A stretch of 43,668 nucleotides of DNA, from the IMG/VR virus record IMGVR_UViG_3300033067_000741, positions 1-43,668 of that record, one strand, 5' to 3'. The notes beneath the pieces are model-generated. The model made no database searches and was not told where the DNA came from. It saw nothing but the letters and a program-made list of their open reading frames with translations. Source of the DNA: a virus. Lineage: Duplodnaviria; Caudoviricetes. The translations under genes were made by a program, and so were the position numbers. Of this stretch, positions 26,544 through 36,103 are shown in pieces. The number at the start of each line of letters is the position of its first letter. Within the stretch, counting starts at the first letter, position 1.

Positions 26544-27054
26544 TATCATAATTAGTATATTGAAAGGTACAATTGATAGTTATGAAGTTGATATCATTAG
26601 CCCTTGATGAGAAATCCAGTCTAGAAAGTGATATAGGAAAAGCTTCCTTAAATGTTACTTCTATGTTTGGGTTTTTGCCAGAAGACAAAACAGTTAATAC
26701 TATGTCAGAGGTTCTTACACCACCACCAAGTAATTTATTTTCTGCTTTTAAGTCTGCGAATTCTTGGAAATCTTCAGGGAAACCAATGCCTCTAATCCAA
26801 TTATGTAACTCAAGATATCCTTCAATATCTTCATCAACTTTGAAAGCTATGTTAAATGGTGCATATTCTATGTGATCACCCGGAATGTAAATATCAACAA
26901 ATGGATTAGGGTGGGTTGTTGGTGGAACATTGATTTCCGGTATTTCAGCATCTTGAACAAAGAAGCTTACGTTAGGGGCTTTCTTAATGAAAAATTTAAA
27001 CCCGGCTGGATTTAGATAATTAATATTTGTAGGTGTGTTTGATACAGCAGTCAT
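26527..27054 (-). CDS. 3: tail tube terminator / tail completion protein gp3
   Basis: NYLNPAGFKF, P.V.FFVQ.A.IP, F.VDED, F.EAFPISLS.L.F. Confidence 0.92.
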   Translation of the reverse strand: MTAVSNTPTNINYLNPAGFKFFIKKAPNVSFFVQDAEIPEINVPPTTHPNPFVDIYIPGDHIEYAPFNIAFKVDEDIEGYLELHNWIRGIGFPEDFQEFADLKAENKLLGGGVRTSDIVLTVLSSGKNPNIEVTFKEAFPISLSRLDFSSRANDINFITINCTFQYTNYDIAMVR

Positions 27055-27059
27055 GGGTG

Positions 27060-27088
27060 TTGACAGTCCTTTTGTTATGTGATATGGT
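27060..27088 (+). promoter_or_regulatory. sigma70-type promoter for the plus-strand island
   Basis: TTGACA (27060-27065), 17 bp, TG-A-TATGGT; overlaps a divergent CTAAATA late-type motif for gp3 near 27097. Confidence 0.65.
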
Positions 27089-27119
27089 CTATCATCTATT
27101 TAGGTAATGGAGATATATT

Positions 27120-27380
27120 ATGATTAAAGATGAAGATAAACCATTTATTCCACCGGATACATGTCCTTATATCAACCATATTATTGATTTGGTGGAAAGT
27201 TTAGAAGTTAATAAAGCTGCTAAAAATAGAGATTTTACAGAAAGAACTTGTAAAATAATTTATGAAGAATTAGAATTGCTTAGATTAGCAAATTCTTCAC
27301 TTCGCAATGCTTCTTACTTTTGGAAAAATCAGTATGATAAGGTGAAACCAAAGGTTGTTAAGAAAAGGAAAAAGAAATGA
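27120..27380 (+). CDS. hypothetical protein
   Basis: GGAG SD; IPPDTCPYI...LELLRLANSSLR helical protein with basic tail. Confidence 0.75.
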   Translation: MIKDEDKPFIPPDTCPYINHIIDLVESLEVNKAAKNRDFTERTCKIIYEELELLRLANSSLRNASYFWKNQYDKVKPKVVKKRKKK

Positions 27381-27613
27381 ATTATGAAAAAAAGAGATTA
27401 AATTTTGGTGATAGAGTAAAATTAATAAACACTACATCACCATTATTAGATGGAAGAACCGGAACTATTTACGGAAAAAATATTGTTAACATTTTTGATC
27501 ATTATATTGTCTTATTAGATGATGATCCTATTGTAACAACATTATTTTCTGATGATTATGAAACTACTCATCAGGCTATTACTATGACAGAAGTATGTTT
27601 GGAAAAATTATGA
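27377..27613 (+). CDS. hypothetical KOW/SH3-like protein
   Basis: FGDRVKL...GRTGTI; ATGA overlap. Confidence 0.7.
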   Translation: MNYEKKRLNFGDRVKLINTTSPLLDGRTGTIYGKNIVNIFDHYIVLLDDDPIVTTLFSDDYETTHQAITMTEVCLEKL

Positions 27614-27635
27614 GCATTATAAATGGAAAGATAAA

Positions 27636-28097
27636 ATGTTAACTGAAATTATTCATCCTGAATATAATAAAATTGTAATCGAAACTGATGATATATCAGC
27701 AATTTATGTTGATGTAGGTTCCTTTAGTTTTACAAAAGGAAAATCCAGTTTCACAAAAACTGAATATTTTAGAAGCGTTATTTATCAGCCATATAAAATT
27801 ATTATTATAGATAAACATGGAAATAAATTATTATCTTTTACTTGTGGAAATCAAGATCGGGTGTCTGCATATAAGCCATATGATTCATCTTTTCTTGAAA
27901 ATTTTAGTGATGATGATATTAAACATTATCAACTACAATTACAAACAAGTAAAGAAAAAATGGAAGAACTATGGAAATGGCTTACCACTAATGTTTTTAA
28001 TGTAAATAAAGTTTATTTTAATGACTCCCGTACTGATAATTTTGAAGATGATGAATTAGATGAATATTGGGATTTGGAAGGGGCTATTTTAAATTAA
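27636..28097 (+). CDS. hypothetical protein
   Basis: 153 aa, acidic C-terminus, ends at the terminator hairpin. Confidence 0.7.
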   Translation: MLTEIIHPEYNKIVIETDDISAIYVDVGSFSFTKGKSSFTKTEYFRSVIYQPYKIIIIDKHGNKLLSFTCGNQDRVSAYKPYDSSFLENFSDDDIKHYQLQLQTSKEKMEELWKWLTTNVFNVNKVYFNDSRTDNFEDDELDEYWDLEGAILN

Positions 28098-28121
28098 AAA
28101 ACCGGGGGAATTCCCCCGGTT
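28096..28121. terminator. intrinsic terminator of gp23 (possibly bidirectional)
   Basis: Palindrome AACCGGGGGAATTCCCCCGGTT (28100-28121) with T-run on the minus strand, between convergent genes. Confidence 0.88.
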
Positions 28122-28149
28122 GAAGTTTGTCTTACTACGTTTCTTATTA

Positions 28150-29499
28150 TTACATTAAGTTTGTAACGATTGTTCTTCTGTAGTAAACGTTTGAGTCTTT
28201 GGTAATTGCGCCTGCACCAGCAGTTAAGCCTTCAGCGAATGGGTTTGCTACGATACCGTAACGAGTCTTATAACCAATCGCAGGTGTGAAGGTGTCTGGA
28301 TCAACCGCTCTCACCATTTGTAATGGAACATATGGACAGTAGAACAGACCAGCATCAAATGCTGATTGACCTTTATAACCCATGGTGAAGTAGTTACCAC
28401 CAATCGCATAAGGATCGATATAAACTTTATACTTACCATTTAGAACACCAGCAAATGTTGAACCTGTATCGTCAATATTCATGCCGTTGTTTGTGTTTAA
28501 CGCAGGGGTATAGTCTAAGATACCAGCCATTTGTAATGCAGATGCAACATCGGCAGAACAGATGATGATATTACCACGACCTCTACGAGTTTCTTTCGCA
28601 ATGATATTCGCTTCTCTTTCGATTTGGAACATCAAACCTTTGAACTTTTCAACTGACCAACGACCGTTTGAGTCAACGTCTAAGTTATAAGTACCAGCAG
28701 ATGCGGTATCGGTTTGTGAACCTGATTTAGCAGTTAAGTTAATTGTTCTAACAACTTCACGATTGATTTCAGCTAAGATTTCAGTAGTTAAGATGTTTGA
28801 TAATTCTGTTTCAGCGTCTAAGCCATGAATTGCTTTCAAGTCTTGAGCAATTTCAATGGTATATGCAGCTTTCAACGCACGAGATTCAGCAGTTACAGTA
28901 ACCTTTTCAATGCTGAAACCCATTTCAGGGAATGCAGTATTACCAGTTGAACCTAATGCTTCAGCTTGTGCAGTTGACATACCTGAACCGAAGTTATAGG
29001 CACCGTTAGCAGCACCGTTAGCAACTACAGGTAATGTACCTGTATGCTTTTGACCTAATGTGTTAGCACCAGATACAACAGTAGAGAATGCAGAGTTTAC
29101 TTCATTATAGAAAGTTTCTGCACCAGTTTGGTTAGAATATCTTGCACGTAATGCGAAGATTAATCCAGTTGGACCAGTCATAGGTTGAACACCGCAAATG
29201 TCATATGCAATCAAGTTTGGCATAGAACGTCTTACAAGTGAAATCAATACTGGGTCGAAGATGTCAATATTACCATCGGATGCAGTTGAAGAAGAAGCAC
29301 CCATAGCGTTAACTGGAATAGAACCAGCTTCGGCCAAGTATTTGCCTTCTTGTCTTGCTTGTTGGATCATTTCTTTTTCAGTGTGTTCCAACATTAATGC
29401 GGTAACATTACGTCTTAATGGGTCTTTAATAGCAGGCAAATCTTCGTGTTCTAAGATTGGCTTCCACTTTTTTTGTAGTTCTTCGGCTCTTGTTGACAT
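28150..29499 (-). CDS. 23: major capsid protein gp23
   Basis: FDPVLISLVRRSMPNLIAYDICGVQPMTGPTGLIFALR, SRALKA.YT.E.AQDLKAIHGLDAE, FYCPYVPL, KTRYG. Confidence 0.99.
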   Translation of the reverse strand: MSTRAEELQKKWKPILEHEDLPAIKDPLRRNVTALMLEHTEKEMIQQARQEGKYLAEAGSIPVNAMGASSSTASDGNIDIFDPVLISLVRRSMPNLIAYDICGVQPMTGPTGLIFALRARYSNQTGAETFYNEVNSAFSTVVSGANTLGQKHTGTLPVVANGAANGAYNFGSGMSTAQAEALGSTGNTAFPEMGFSIEKVTVTAESRALKAAYTIEIAQDLKAIHGLDAETELSNILTTEILAEINREVVRTINLTAKSGSQTDTASAGTYNLDVDSNGRWSVEKFKGLMFQIEREANIIAKETRRGRGNIIICSADVASALQMAGILDYTPALNTNNGMNIDDTGSTFAGVLNGKYKVYIDPYAIGGNYFTMGYKGQSAFDAGLFYCPYVPLQMVRAVDPDTFTPAIGYKTRYGIVANPFAEGLTAGAGAITKDSNVYYRRTIVTNLM

Positions 29500-29535
29500 T
29501 TATTTCTCCTAATATATGGAAATTGTTTATATAAT

Positions 29536-29543
29536 TATTTATA
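29536..29543 (-). promoter_or_regulatory. T4 late promoter TATAAATA (gp23)
   Basis: Exact consensus; AGGAG SD downstream. Confidence 0.85.
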
Positions 29544-29555
29544 AAAATTTAAATC

Positions 29556-31430
29556 TTAACGTGTTAATGAATTCTTAATAGCTTGTGAATATCTATTAAT
29601 CACTGGATTGTTAATTTTTACGTTTTCGTCTGCTTCTACTGATTCATTTAAATCAATATTAGCTGGCTTTTTAGGTTCATCTTTAGTTACAAAGTTTTCT
29701 TTAACTAATAATAGTTTGCCTTTGTAAACTTCTAAGTCACCATCAAATGAAATCGCTTCAGCAAGCTTTTTAAATTTATCAGCTTGTGTTAGCACTAATC
29801 CTTCTGCAATTTCATCAAATATCTTTTTCTTTTCTGTAGAAACTAATTGTTCTTGTAAGTCATTATTTGATCTAATTGACTTATCTAATTGTGCTTCTAA
29901 TTCAGAAACTTTTAATTGTAATTCTTCTACAATATCAACTTTTTCTTCTGGTAAGTTAATATTCAAATCTTCGAATACTTGCTTAATTCTTGAGATAGCT
30001 TCTTCTGTAATTTCTGATCTTAATGCTGATTCAATTTCAACTTTATTTTCAGTCATCCATTGTTCTACTGTGTAATCAAGATATGATTCAACAGCTTCAG
30101 AAACAGTCTTTACATGTTCTTCTAAAGCTTCTTCAAGTTTAGTTTTATATTCTTCTTCTAAACGAGCAACTTCAGTGGTTACTTGTAATGAAATAGCAGC
30201 TTCAAATAATGTGGTTGCTTTATCTTTAAATTCTTCAGATAATTCTTGACCATCAAAAATAACAGCCATATCTTCTTTAACTGCTGCTGATGATTTAGCT
30301 GAAATAGTTGCTTTGTTGTGGGCTGAATTGTCAGGAGCATTAGCAACGTGAGTCTTAGAATTGGCTAAGGTTTCATTCCAGAACTTAGTTAATTCGTCTG
30401 AAGTCATTGCAGCCATAGCACCAATAACAGCTTTCATAGCTTCAATCTTTGAAGCTGGATTTGAATCTGGATGAGAATTAGGGCTTAATGATTCAGCAGC
30501 CGCAGTTTCTTCAATTTTCTTAGTCATTTTTTCTTGTTCCTCTTGTGAAATTTCTTCTGATTCTTTTGCCATAACTTTAGCACCACCTGTTAATTTTTGA
30601 ACAGCCATTCCAATACCACCTGATCTTTTTCCATGCTTTTTATTGTTATCTGAACGATATTTAAAATCTGGTGTTTGACCGGATGCACTTTTTTCATTCT
30701 CACGACCTATTTCATGCGCCGCATGAGATTTATCCATATGAGCAGAATTAATATATGAACCAAGTGTTTTCTTTGATAATTCATCTAAAGTTTCAATGTT
30801 TTCTACTAGTTCATTGATTTCATCTTCAGACATGTTGTCTAAATCTTCTTTTGTTAATTTATCAACAGCTTTACTTATACCAGTTTGTCTTTTAAATGAT
30901 TTTTTATCAAACTTTAAAGAACCCGGCTTTTTTGTTGCAGAAAGACTACCGGCCATGAATGAATCATGAGATACATCATCAGTAGCTTTTTTAACATATG
31001 ATCCCAATGTTGCTTTAGATAATTCATCTAATTGTTCAATGTTTTCTACTAGTTCATTGATTTCATCTTCAGACATATTGTCTAAATCTTCTTTTGTTAA
31101 TTTATCTACGGCCTTAGAAATACCTTTTCTTCTTTTGATAACAATTTTATCGCTTTCTTTTGAAGATGATTTATTTCCAATCAATGCTTGTCTATCTGAT
31201 TTACCGGTATGATATGCTGCATCATCAGATGCGTTATTAATATATGAACCAAGTGTTTTCTTTGATAATTCATCTAAAGTTTCAATGTTTTCTTTTAATT
31301 CATTGATTTCATCTTCAGACATGTTGTCTAAATCTTCTTTAGTAACTTTTTTTAATTCTGGTTGACCAGTTTCGATTGCTGCTAAAGCATCTTTTTCATC
31401 TTGAGACAACTCAATCTTTTTAGTAGCCAT
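29556..31430 (-). CDS. 22: prohead core scaffold gp22 with long repeat-containing N-terminal extension
   Basis: C-terminal about 240 aa ELSEEFKDKATTLFEAAI...YLDYTVEQWM.EN...ALRSEI is gp22-like; between gp21 and gp23. Confidence 0.92.
   Translation of the reverse strand: MATKKIELSQDEKDALAAIETGQPELKKVTKEDLDNMSEDEINELKENIETLDELSKKTLGSYINNASDDAAYHTGKSDRQALIGNKSSSKESDKIVIKRRKGISKAVDKLTKEDLDNMSEDEINELVENIEQLDELSKATLGSYVKKATDDVSHDSFMAGSLSATKKPGSLKFDKKSFKRQTGISKAVDKLTKEDLDNMSEDEINELVENIETLDELSKKTLGSYINSAHMDKSHAAHEIGRENEKSASGQTPDFKYRSDNNKKHGKRSGGIGMAVQKLTGGAKVMAKESEEISQEEQEKMTKKIEETAAAESLSPNSHPDSNPASKIEAMKAVIGAMAAMTSDELTKFWNETLANSKTHVANAPDNSAHNKATISAKSSAAVKEDMAVIFDGQELSEEFKDKATTLFEAAISLQVTTEVARLEEEYKTKLEEALEEHVKTVSEAVESYLDYTVEQWMTENKVEIESALRSEITEEAISRIKQVFEDLNINLPEEKVDIVEELQLKVSELEAQLDKSIRSNNDLQEQLVSTEKKKIFDEIAEGLVLTQADKFKKLAEAISFDGDLEVYKGKLLLVKENFVTKDEPKKPANIDLNESVEADENVKINNPVINRYSQAIKNSLTR
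30747..31340. repeat. three near-identical about 105-115 nt blocks at 243/246 nt period, separated by unrelated sequence, inside gp22
   Basis: Blocks about 30747-30863, 30996-31106, 31236-31340 encode KEDLDNMSEDEINELxENIExLDELSKxTLGSY. Confidence 0.92.
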
Positions 31431-31459
31431 TATTTTAACCCTTTATGAATTCTTTATAT

Positions 31460-31467
31460 TATTTATT
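31460..31467 (-). promoter_or_regulatory. late promoter AATAAATA (gp22)
   Basis: Variant consensus 30 nt before the ATG. Confidence 0.7.
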
Positions 31468-32137
31468 ATTTTGTTAACTTTGACAATTTTAAGAAGAAAT
31501 CTTCCATCAAAGAAAGGGCTCTTGCTTCTCTTTCTTCTTTTGTCATTTCTTTTAACTTGTTTTTAACATCATTAACTTTTTCTTCTAACCATGTTCCAGA
31601 GATAGGGTCAAATATATAATTAACACCTTCCATAATACCATTGATAAATGCTTGTGGAGCAGACGGGTTGATTACTACATCAGCAGCAGTTACCATTTTG
31701 AAATCAGATTGAACTTCCATAATACCATCAACATGCTTTAAAGAACCTAAACCACGAGAAGACACACCTAATGCACCGCCATCTTCCAATAATCCTTTTA
31801 CAAGTTGTCCCATAGGATTATTGTTTACTTTAGCTTTACCAATGAAATTAGAACCTTCACGTTGTAAAGAAACAATTCTATGGGAAATTCTATCTGGATT
31901 AATTTTAGGACCGTCAGGATGATCTAATTCTCCATAAGCTTTATTAGCTTTTACTTCTTCTCTAATGTAACGATCTACTTCTTTTTCCATAATTGACATA
32001 GGGTATTTTCTACCATTTTTATTAGCTATGTCGGCTTGTAAAAAGATACCTTCAATAAAGAAATCTTTTCCACCTTCTGGTTTATTTTCAACCAAAGTTG
32101 AAAAATTATCGATATTTTCTACAATAAGAAATGCCAT
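31466..32137 (-). CDS. 21: prohead protease gp21
   Basis: IEGIFLQA..NKNGRKY, GELDHP, GVSSRGLGS, DVV..PSAPQAF. Confidence 0.97.
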   Translation of the reverse strand: MAFLIVENIDNFSTLVENKPEGGKDFFIEGIFLQADIANKNGRKYPMSIMEKEVDRYIREEVKANKAYGELDHPDGPKINPDRISHRIVSLQREGSNFIGKAKVNNNPMGQLVKGLLEDGGALGVSSRGLGSLKHVDGIMEVQSDFKMVTAADVVINPSAPQAFINGIMEGVNYIFDPISGTWLEEKVNDVKNKLKEMTKEEREARALSLMEDFFLKLSKLTK

Positions 32138-32148
32138 TTTTGTTATCC

Positions 32149-32487
32149 TTATAATGCTACAGAAGTTTTATGAACTTCAACTAGCAATGTTCCGTTTCCA
32201 TTACATGTAAATACAAGATTTGCAGCAGCGTCTTGTGTGATAGGAGCAATGGTTGATAAATCCCATACGCCGGTTCCTGTTAGTGTTGCTACTGTATTAG
32301 CACCACGCGCAATAACCCAATTGTTTGATGATGAGAAATAAATTCTTGATATAGAGGCAGATTGAACATTTTCTGATGCTGATGCTATGTTTGAAACAGA
32401 ATTATTTCCTACTACAACATATGTTGCATTAGCATTTAATAAAATTGTAGCTTTTCCGCCAACAGTTGTTGTATTAAGTAACGGCAT
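32149..32487 (-). CDS. putative small virion protein
   Basis: Beta-rich Asn/Thr/Ser protein in the head operon, TAATG coupled. Confidence 0.65.
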   Translation of the reverse strand: MPLLNTTTVGGKATILLNANATYVVVGNNSVSNIASASENVQSASISRIYFSSSNNWVIARGANTVATLTGTGVWDLSTIAPITQDAAANLVFTCNGNGTLLVEVHKTSVAL

Positions 32488-33569
32488 TATTCATCACCTT
32501 CCATTGATAGTAATTCTTCTAAATCTGCGATCATTAATTCTAAATCTTCATCAGTGAAACGTTCTTCTGAAATAGCAGAGTAAATAATTTTTTCAGCAAT
32601 TAATTTTAATGCTTCTTCTCTAGATTCTTTAGCTAATTTATCTTTAAGTCTATTAATAGCATTATCAGCCTTTTCTAAACCTTTATGTCTTTTATTAAAT
32701 ATAGATAATGATCCTTTTGCAGAATTTACATGTCTGTTTGATGTTTGTGGATGAGTATCTTTAGTAATATCAGCCATATCTTTATGATGTGTATAATTCA
32801 TAGCAGCATTTGTTTTAGAATTTGAAGCTTTCTTTTGATATGAAGTAATAGTATCATAAGACAATTCTGACAATTCTTCTTCTTTCATTGTTGGTGGTGT
32901 AGAATTAAATGGTTTTCTAGTTACAAATCTTTTTGATGAATCATTAGAAAGTCTTTTAGTTGCTTTTAAAGAACCATCAAATCTCTTTTGACCTTTTTCA
33001 GGGTCTTCGTTACCTGACATACGATCATTAGTATTTTTCTTCAAATATGATTTTAAAGTATCAGCAGACAATTCATCTAATTGTTCTTCTGTAATTCCTC
33101 TTGCTTGTTTAGTAGCATCGGAATACATTTTAGAACGGGCCTTTTTACCATATTTTCTATATTTAAATAATTGAGTCTTTAATCTTTTATAGATTAAATC
33201 TCTTTTAACTTTTTGGGCAGGGCCTAATTTAATTTCTAATAGTTGTGTTTCTTCATCTAATTCAATACCTTCTTCATCCAAATTAATGGTTGATTCAGAT
33301 TGTATTCTAAAAGTATCGGCTAATTTCTTAGGAATTGATCCATTAGTTAAGACAGGGTTGTTATTTTCTTTATAAGCTTTTTCATCTTCTTCACCTTCAT
33401 AACCACCGTTCTTAGCTTTAGACATGCTTGATTTGAACTGATTTTCAGTACCAGCTTTTTCAGGAACATCGCGCTTTTTCAAACCATGTTTCTTAATAAA
33501 TTTTTTAGTGCCTTCAGTATTTTGATCTAAAAAATCGCAAGCTTCGGCAAAATCTTTAAACTTTATCAT
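32487..33569 (-). CDS. prohead core protein (gp68 position), modular with two ELS cassettes
   Basis: MIKFKDFAE start; alternating acidic/basic blocks; LDELSADTLKSY and LSELSYDTITSY. Confidence 0.7.
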   Translation of the reverse strand: MIKFKDFAEACDFLDQNTEGTKKFIKKHGLKKRDVPEKAGTENQFKSSMSKAKNGGYEGEEDEKAYKENNNPVLTNGSIPKKLADTFRIQSESTINLDEEGIELDEETQLLEIKLGPAQKVKRDLIYKRLKTQLFKYRKYGKKARSKMYSDATKQARGITEEQLDELSADTLKSYLKKNTNDRMSGNEDPEKGQKRFDGSLKATKRLSNDSSKRFVTRKPFNSTPPTMKEEELSELSYDTITSYQKKASNSKTNAAMNYTHHKDMADITKDTHPQTSNRHVNSAKGSLSIFNKRHKGLEKADNAINRLKDKLAKESREEALKLIAEKIIYSAISEERFTDEDLELMIADLEELLSMEGDE

Positions 33570-33771
33570 TTCCTTCGTCTTCCATGTCTTCCTGTGAATC
33601 TGATTTATTAAACAAATTTTGAGACATATCTAATTTTTTAGCTTCTACTGCATCATTAATTTTATCATTTAAGATAGAATCAAGAGCAAACTTAAAATCA
33701 GATGGTTTTTTGTCTAATGCAAAATTCATTAAATCTGTTATATTATATTTATTATTTTCTATGTCTGACAT
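33556..33771 (-). CDS. small acidic prohead core protein (gp67-like)
   Basis: 71 aa directly after portal, acidic tail. Confidence 0.7.
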   Translation of the reverse strand: MSDIENNKYNITDLMNFALDKKPSDFKFALDSILNDKINDAVEAKKLDMSQNLFNKSDSQEDMEDEGNDKV

Positions 33772-33775
33772 GTTT

Positions 33776-35395
33776 TTATCCTTGTTTTACAACAGGTTTA
33801 GGTTCTGGTTTAACTCTTGGGTCAGAATTTAATTCATCACCATCTTCTGGTATAACCATTTGTGGAGGGTTGAATTGTGGATTTGCAATTTCTTCTGCAA
33901 TTTCCATATCCATTTCAGCCATATCTTCATCACTTTGTCTTAAGATATGCTTTCTTACCCATTTATGTGATAGATATTTACCTACATATGGGTCAAGTAA
34001 TGGTAGAATTTGTATTCTAGATGTAATGATTTGAGTTTCTTTTAATTCTGAAAAATAGTTATCAGAAGTAAAATTAAACTTAATAGCATGTTCAATTACA
34101 TTTTTCCAATCGTCAATGATTGTTAAATTCTTTAATAGTAATTGTTTTTCTAGAACAGAAAGGAATAATTCAGAAAACTTTACACGTAATCTGGTAATGA
34201 ATTTAGCAAATCTAATTTCATCACGAGAAATTTCTGTAGCATTATTAGCAAACACATACTTATCTTCTGAATCTAAACGTGAATAAGGAACGTTTAATGA
34301 TTTGTATAGTTTCTTTAAGAAGTATTCAACGTCTGCCATTTCGCCAAGATTTTGACCGGCAGGTAATGTATCTACTTCAGTACCACGACCACCAACACCA
34401 CGGCGAGGCAACCAATAGTCTTCAAGCATAGTCATAAATTTACGATCATCCCTGATATCACCAGTAGATGCATCATAAACTAATTTGTTCTTATGTTTGA
34501 TCATAATATCTCTAAGATATTGTTCAGCTTTCATTTTTGGTAAATCACCAACGTCAATATACCAAACACGTCTTTCAGGGGCTCTTGCTAATCTATAAAT
34601 TACTACAGCATCTTCTAATGTTCTAACTTGATTCAATGGCTTAATAGCTTTGTGTAGGTATGACAATACCATAGAACCGTTAATATCTGTTAGACCAGAA
34701 GTAACGTAAACTATTGAGTCTCTTGCGATTTTAAGACCAGTTGTAGATGTAGAGGGAGTTACAGGTATTACTTTATTACCAGAGTTGAAACCTTTTTCAT
34801 TATACATGAAGTATTCATCTTTTAGTTCATTAACTAATGGAATATCCATACCGGTGCCTTTAACACCTTTTAGTTTCTTTCTAGTAATTTCTTTTACTTT
34901 TTTGATTTTTCTAGGATCAATATATCTTAATTCTTTAATACCAATTGAGGGATTTTGATCATCAATAATAGCATGAAAAAATAATCTTCCGTCGATATAC
35001 CATCTTTTAAAAATGTCATATCCTTTACGATTAAAATCTAATAATCTCAAAACTTCTTTAAATTCTGTTTCGATTATTTTTTTAGTTTGATCATCAAAAT
35101 CTAAATCATTTAGATTGATTTTAACAATTTCTTCTTCTTCATTTAGAGTAATAGCTTCATTAACTATATTATCAATAGCTTCATCAATTTCTGGTTGTTC
35201 AGCCATTCCTCTATATTTTGTAATTAATTCTGATTCCGTTCTTACCGAACCGTCTAAATCTACATAGGTGCCGTAAACTCCACCAGCAGCAACCATCATC
35301 GCACCATCATCATTTTGTGGTGGAGAAAATGATACGTTTTCTTTTTCTAATACAGTTTTACGTTTAAATTCAAAACCTAATAATTGTTCTACCAT
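33776..35395 (-). CDS. 20: portal protein gp20
   Basis: WYIDGR, LSYLHKAIKPLNQ, VIYRLARAPERR, MLEDYWLPRR, LYKSLNVP, RDEIRF. Confidence 0.98.
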   Translation of the reverse strand: MVEQLLGFEFKRKTVLEKENVSFSPPQNDDGAMMVAAGGVYGTYVDLDGSVRTESELITKYRGMAEQPEIDEAIDNIVNEAITLNEEEEIVKINLNDLDFDDQTKKIIETEFKEVLRLLDFNRKGYDIFKRWYIDGRLFFHAIIDDQNPSIGIKELRYIDPRKIKKVKEITRKKLKGVKGTGMDIPLVNELKDEYFMYNEKGFNSGNKVIPVTPSTSTTGLKIARDSIVYVTSGLTDINGSMVLSYLHKAIKPLNQVRTLEDAVVIYRLARAPERRVWYIDVGDLPKMKAEQYLRDIMIKHKNKLVYDASTGDIRDDRKFMTMLEDYWLPRRGVGGRGTEVDTLPAGQNLGEMADVEYFLKKLYKSLNVPYSRLDSEDKYVFANNATEISRDEIRFAKFITRLRVKFSELFLSVLEKQLLLKNLTIIDDWKNVIEHAIKFNFTSDNYFSELKETQIITSRIQILPLLDPYVGKYLSHKWVRKHILRQSDEDMAEMDMEIAEEIANPQFNPPQMVIPEDGDELNSDPRVKPEPKPVVKQG

Positions 35396-35406
35396 TAAAA
35401 ATTCCT

Positions 35407-35435
35407 AAAATAAAAGGGGACACAAAGCCCCCTTT
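35407..35435 (-). terminator. intrinsic terminator after gp19
   Basis: Minus strand AAAGGGGGC-TTTGT-GTCCCCTTT then TATTTT. Confidence 0.75.
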
Positions 35436-35480
35436 AAACAATAAATTAAAATACATTGCAAAGAGGTTATATAAAAAATA

Positions 35481-36077
35481 TTAACCTTGTGGTAATTCAG
35501 GAGAATATACTTCACCTTCACCAAATTCTTCAGGAACAAAGTAATCATAAACCAATCTAATATCAAATTGGTGAATAGCGTTTTTAGCTTCCCAATCTAA
35601 TTGCATTTGATCGATGATTGTAGGGAACATACCAATAAATTTGTATGATCTAATTACCCCATCTTCTGTTCCGGGTCCTGCCTTAGAATATTGTAATACT
35701 CTCGCATCAACCTTATAATTTGTTAAACCACCTAATTCTGGATTCATTCTGTTAGAAACCAGAGCGTTCATTTGATTTGACCAATTTTCAAACATTGATC
35801 TTAGTTTGAAATCTTCGTCGCCCATTACTGTTACAGACCATGGCTGAAATTCTCTATCACCCGCATAGTTGACAGTTCTACCAAAGTATGGTACTGATAC
35901 TGTATCTAATGTGTATGCTGGTAAAGATGCTGATCTAATTAAGAATTCAGTTTGTCTTGCAACACCACCGTTACCTACGCCGGGCGGTAATGTGTCAAAG
36001 ATAACTTTGAATAGTGAGGGACGAGCGCCCCCACCTGTTAAGCCTTCTGATAAGAAACCGTCTATGTTAAAACCCAT
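35481..36077 (-). CDS. 19: tail tube protein gp19
   Basis: GGGARPSLF, ASLP, VPYFGR..YAGDREF..W.VTV..DEDF. Confidence 0.96.
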   Translation of the reverse strand: MGFNIDGFLSEGLTGGGARPSLFKVIFDTLPPGVGNGGVARQTEFLIRSASLPAYTLDTVSVPYFGRTVNYAGDREFQPWSVTVMGDEDFKLRSMFENWSNQMNALVSNRMNPELGGLTNYKVDARVLQYSKAGPGTEDGVIRSYKFIGMFPTIIDQMQLDWEAKNAIHQFDIRLVYDYFVPEEFGEGEVYSPELPQG

Positions 36078-36103
36078 TTGTTAATCCTTTAAAGTTCTTC
36101 TAG

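Noticed and set aside
30747-31340. CRISPR-like repeat-spacer array
   Set aside because: Repeats exceed 100 nt, are in frame within gp22, differ mainly at synonymous positions, and no cas genes are present
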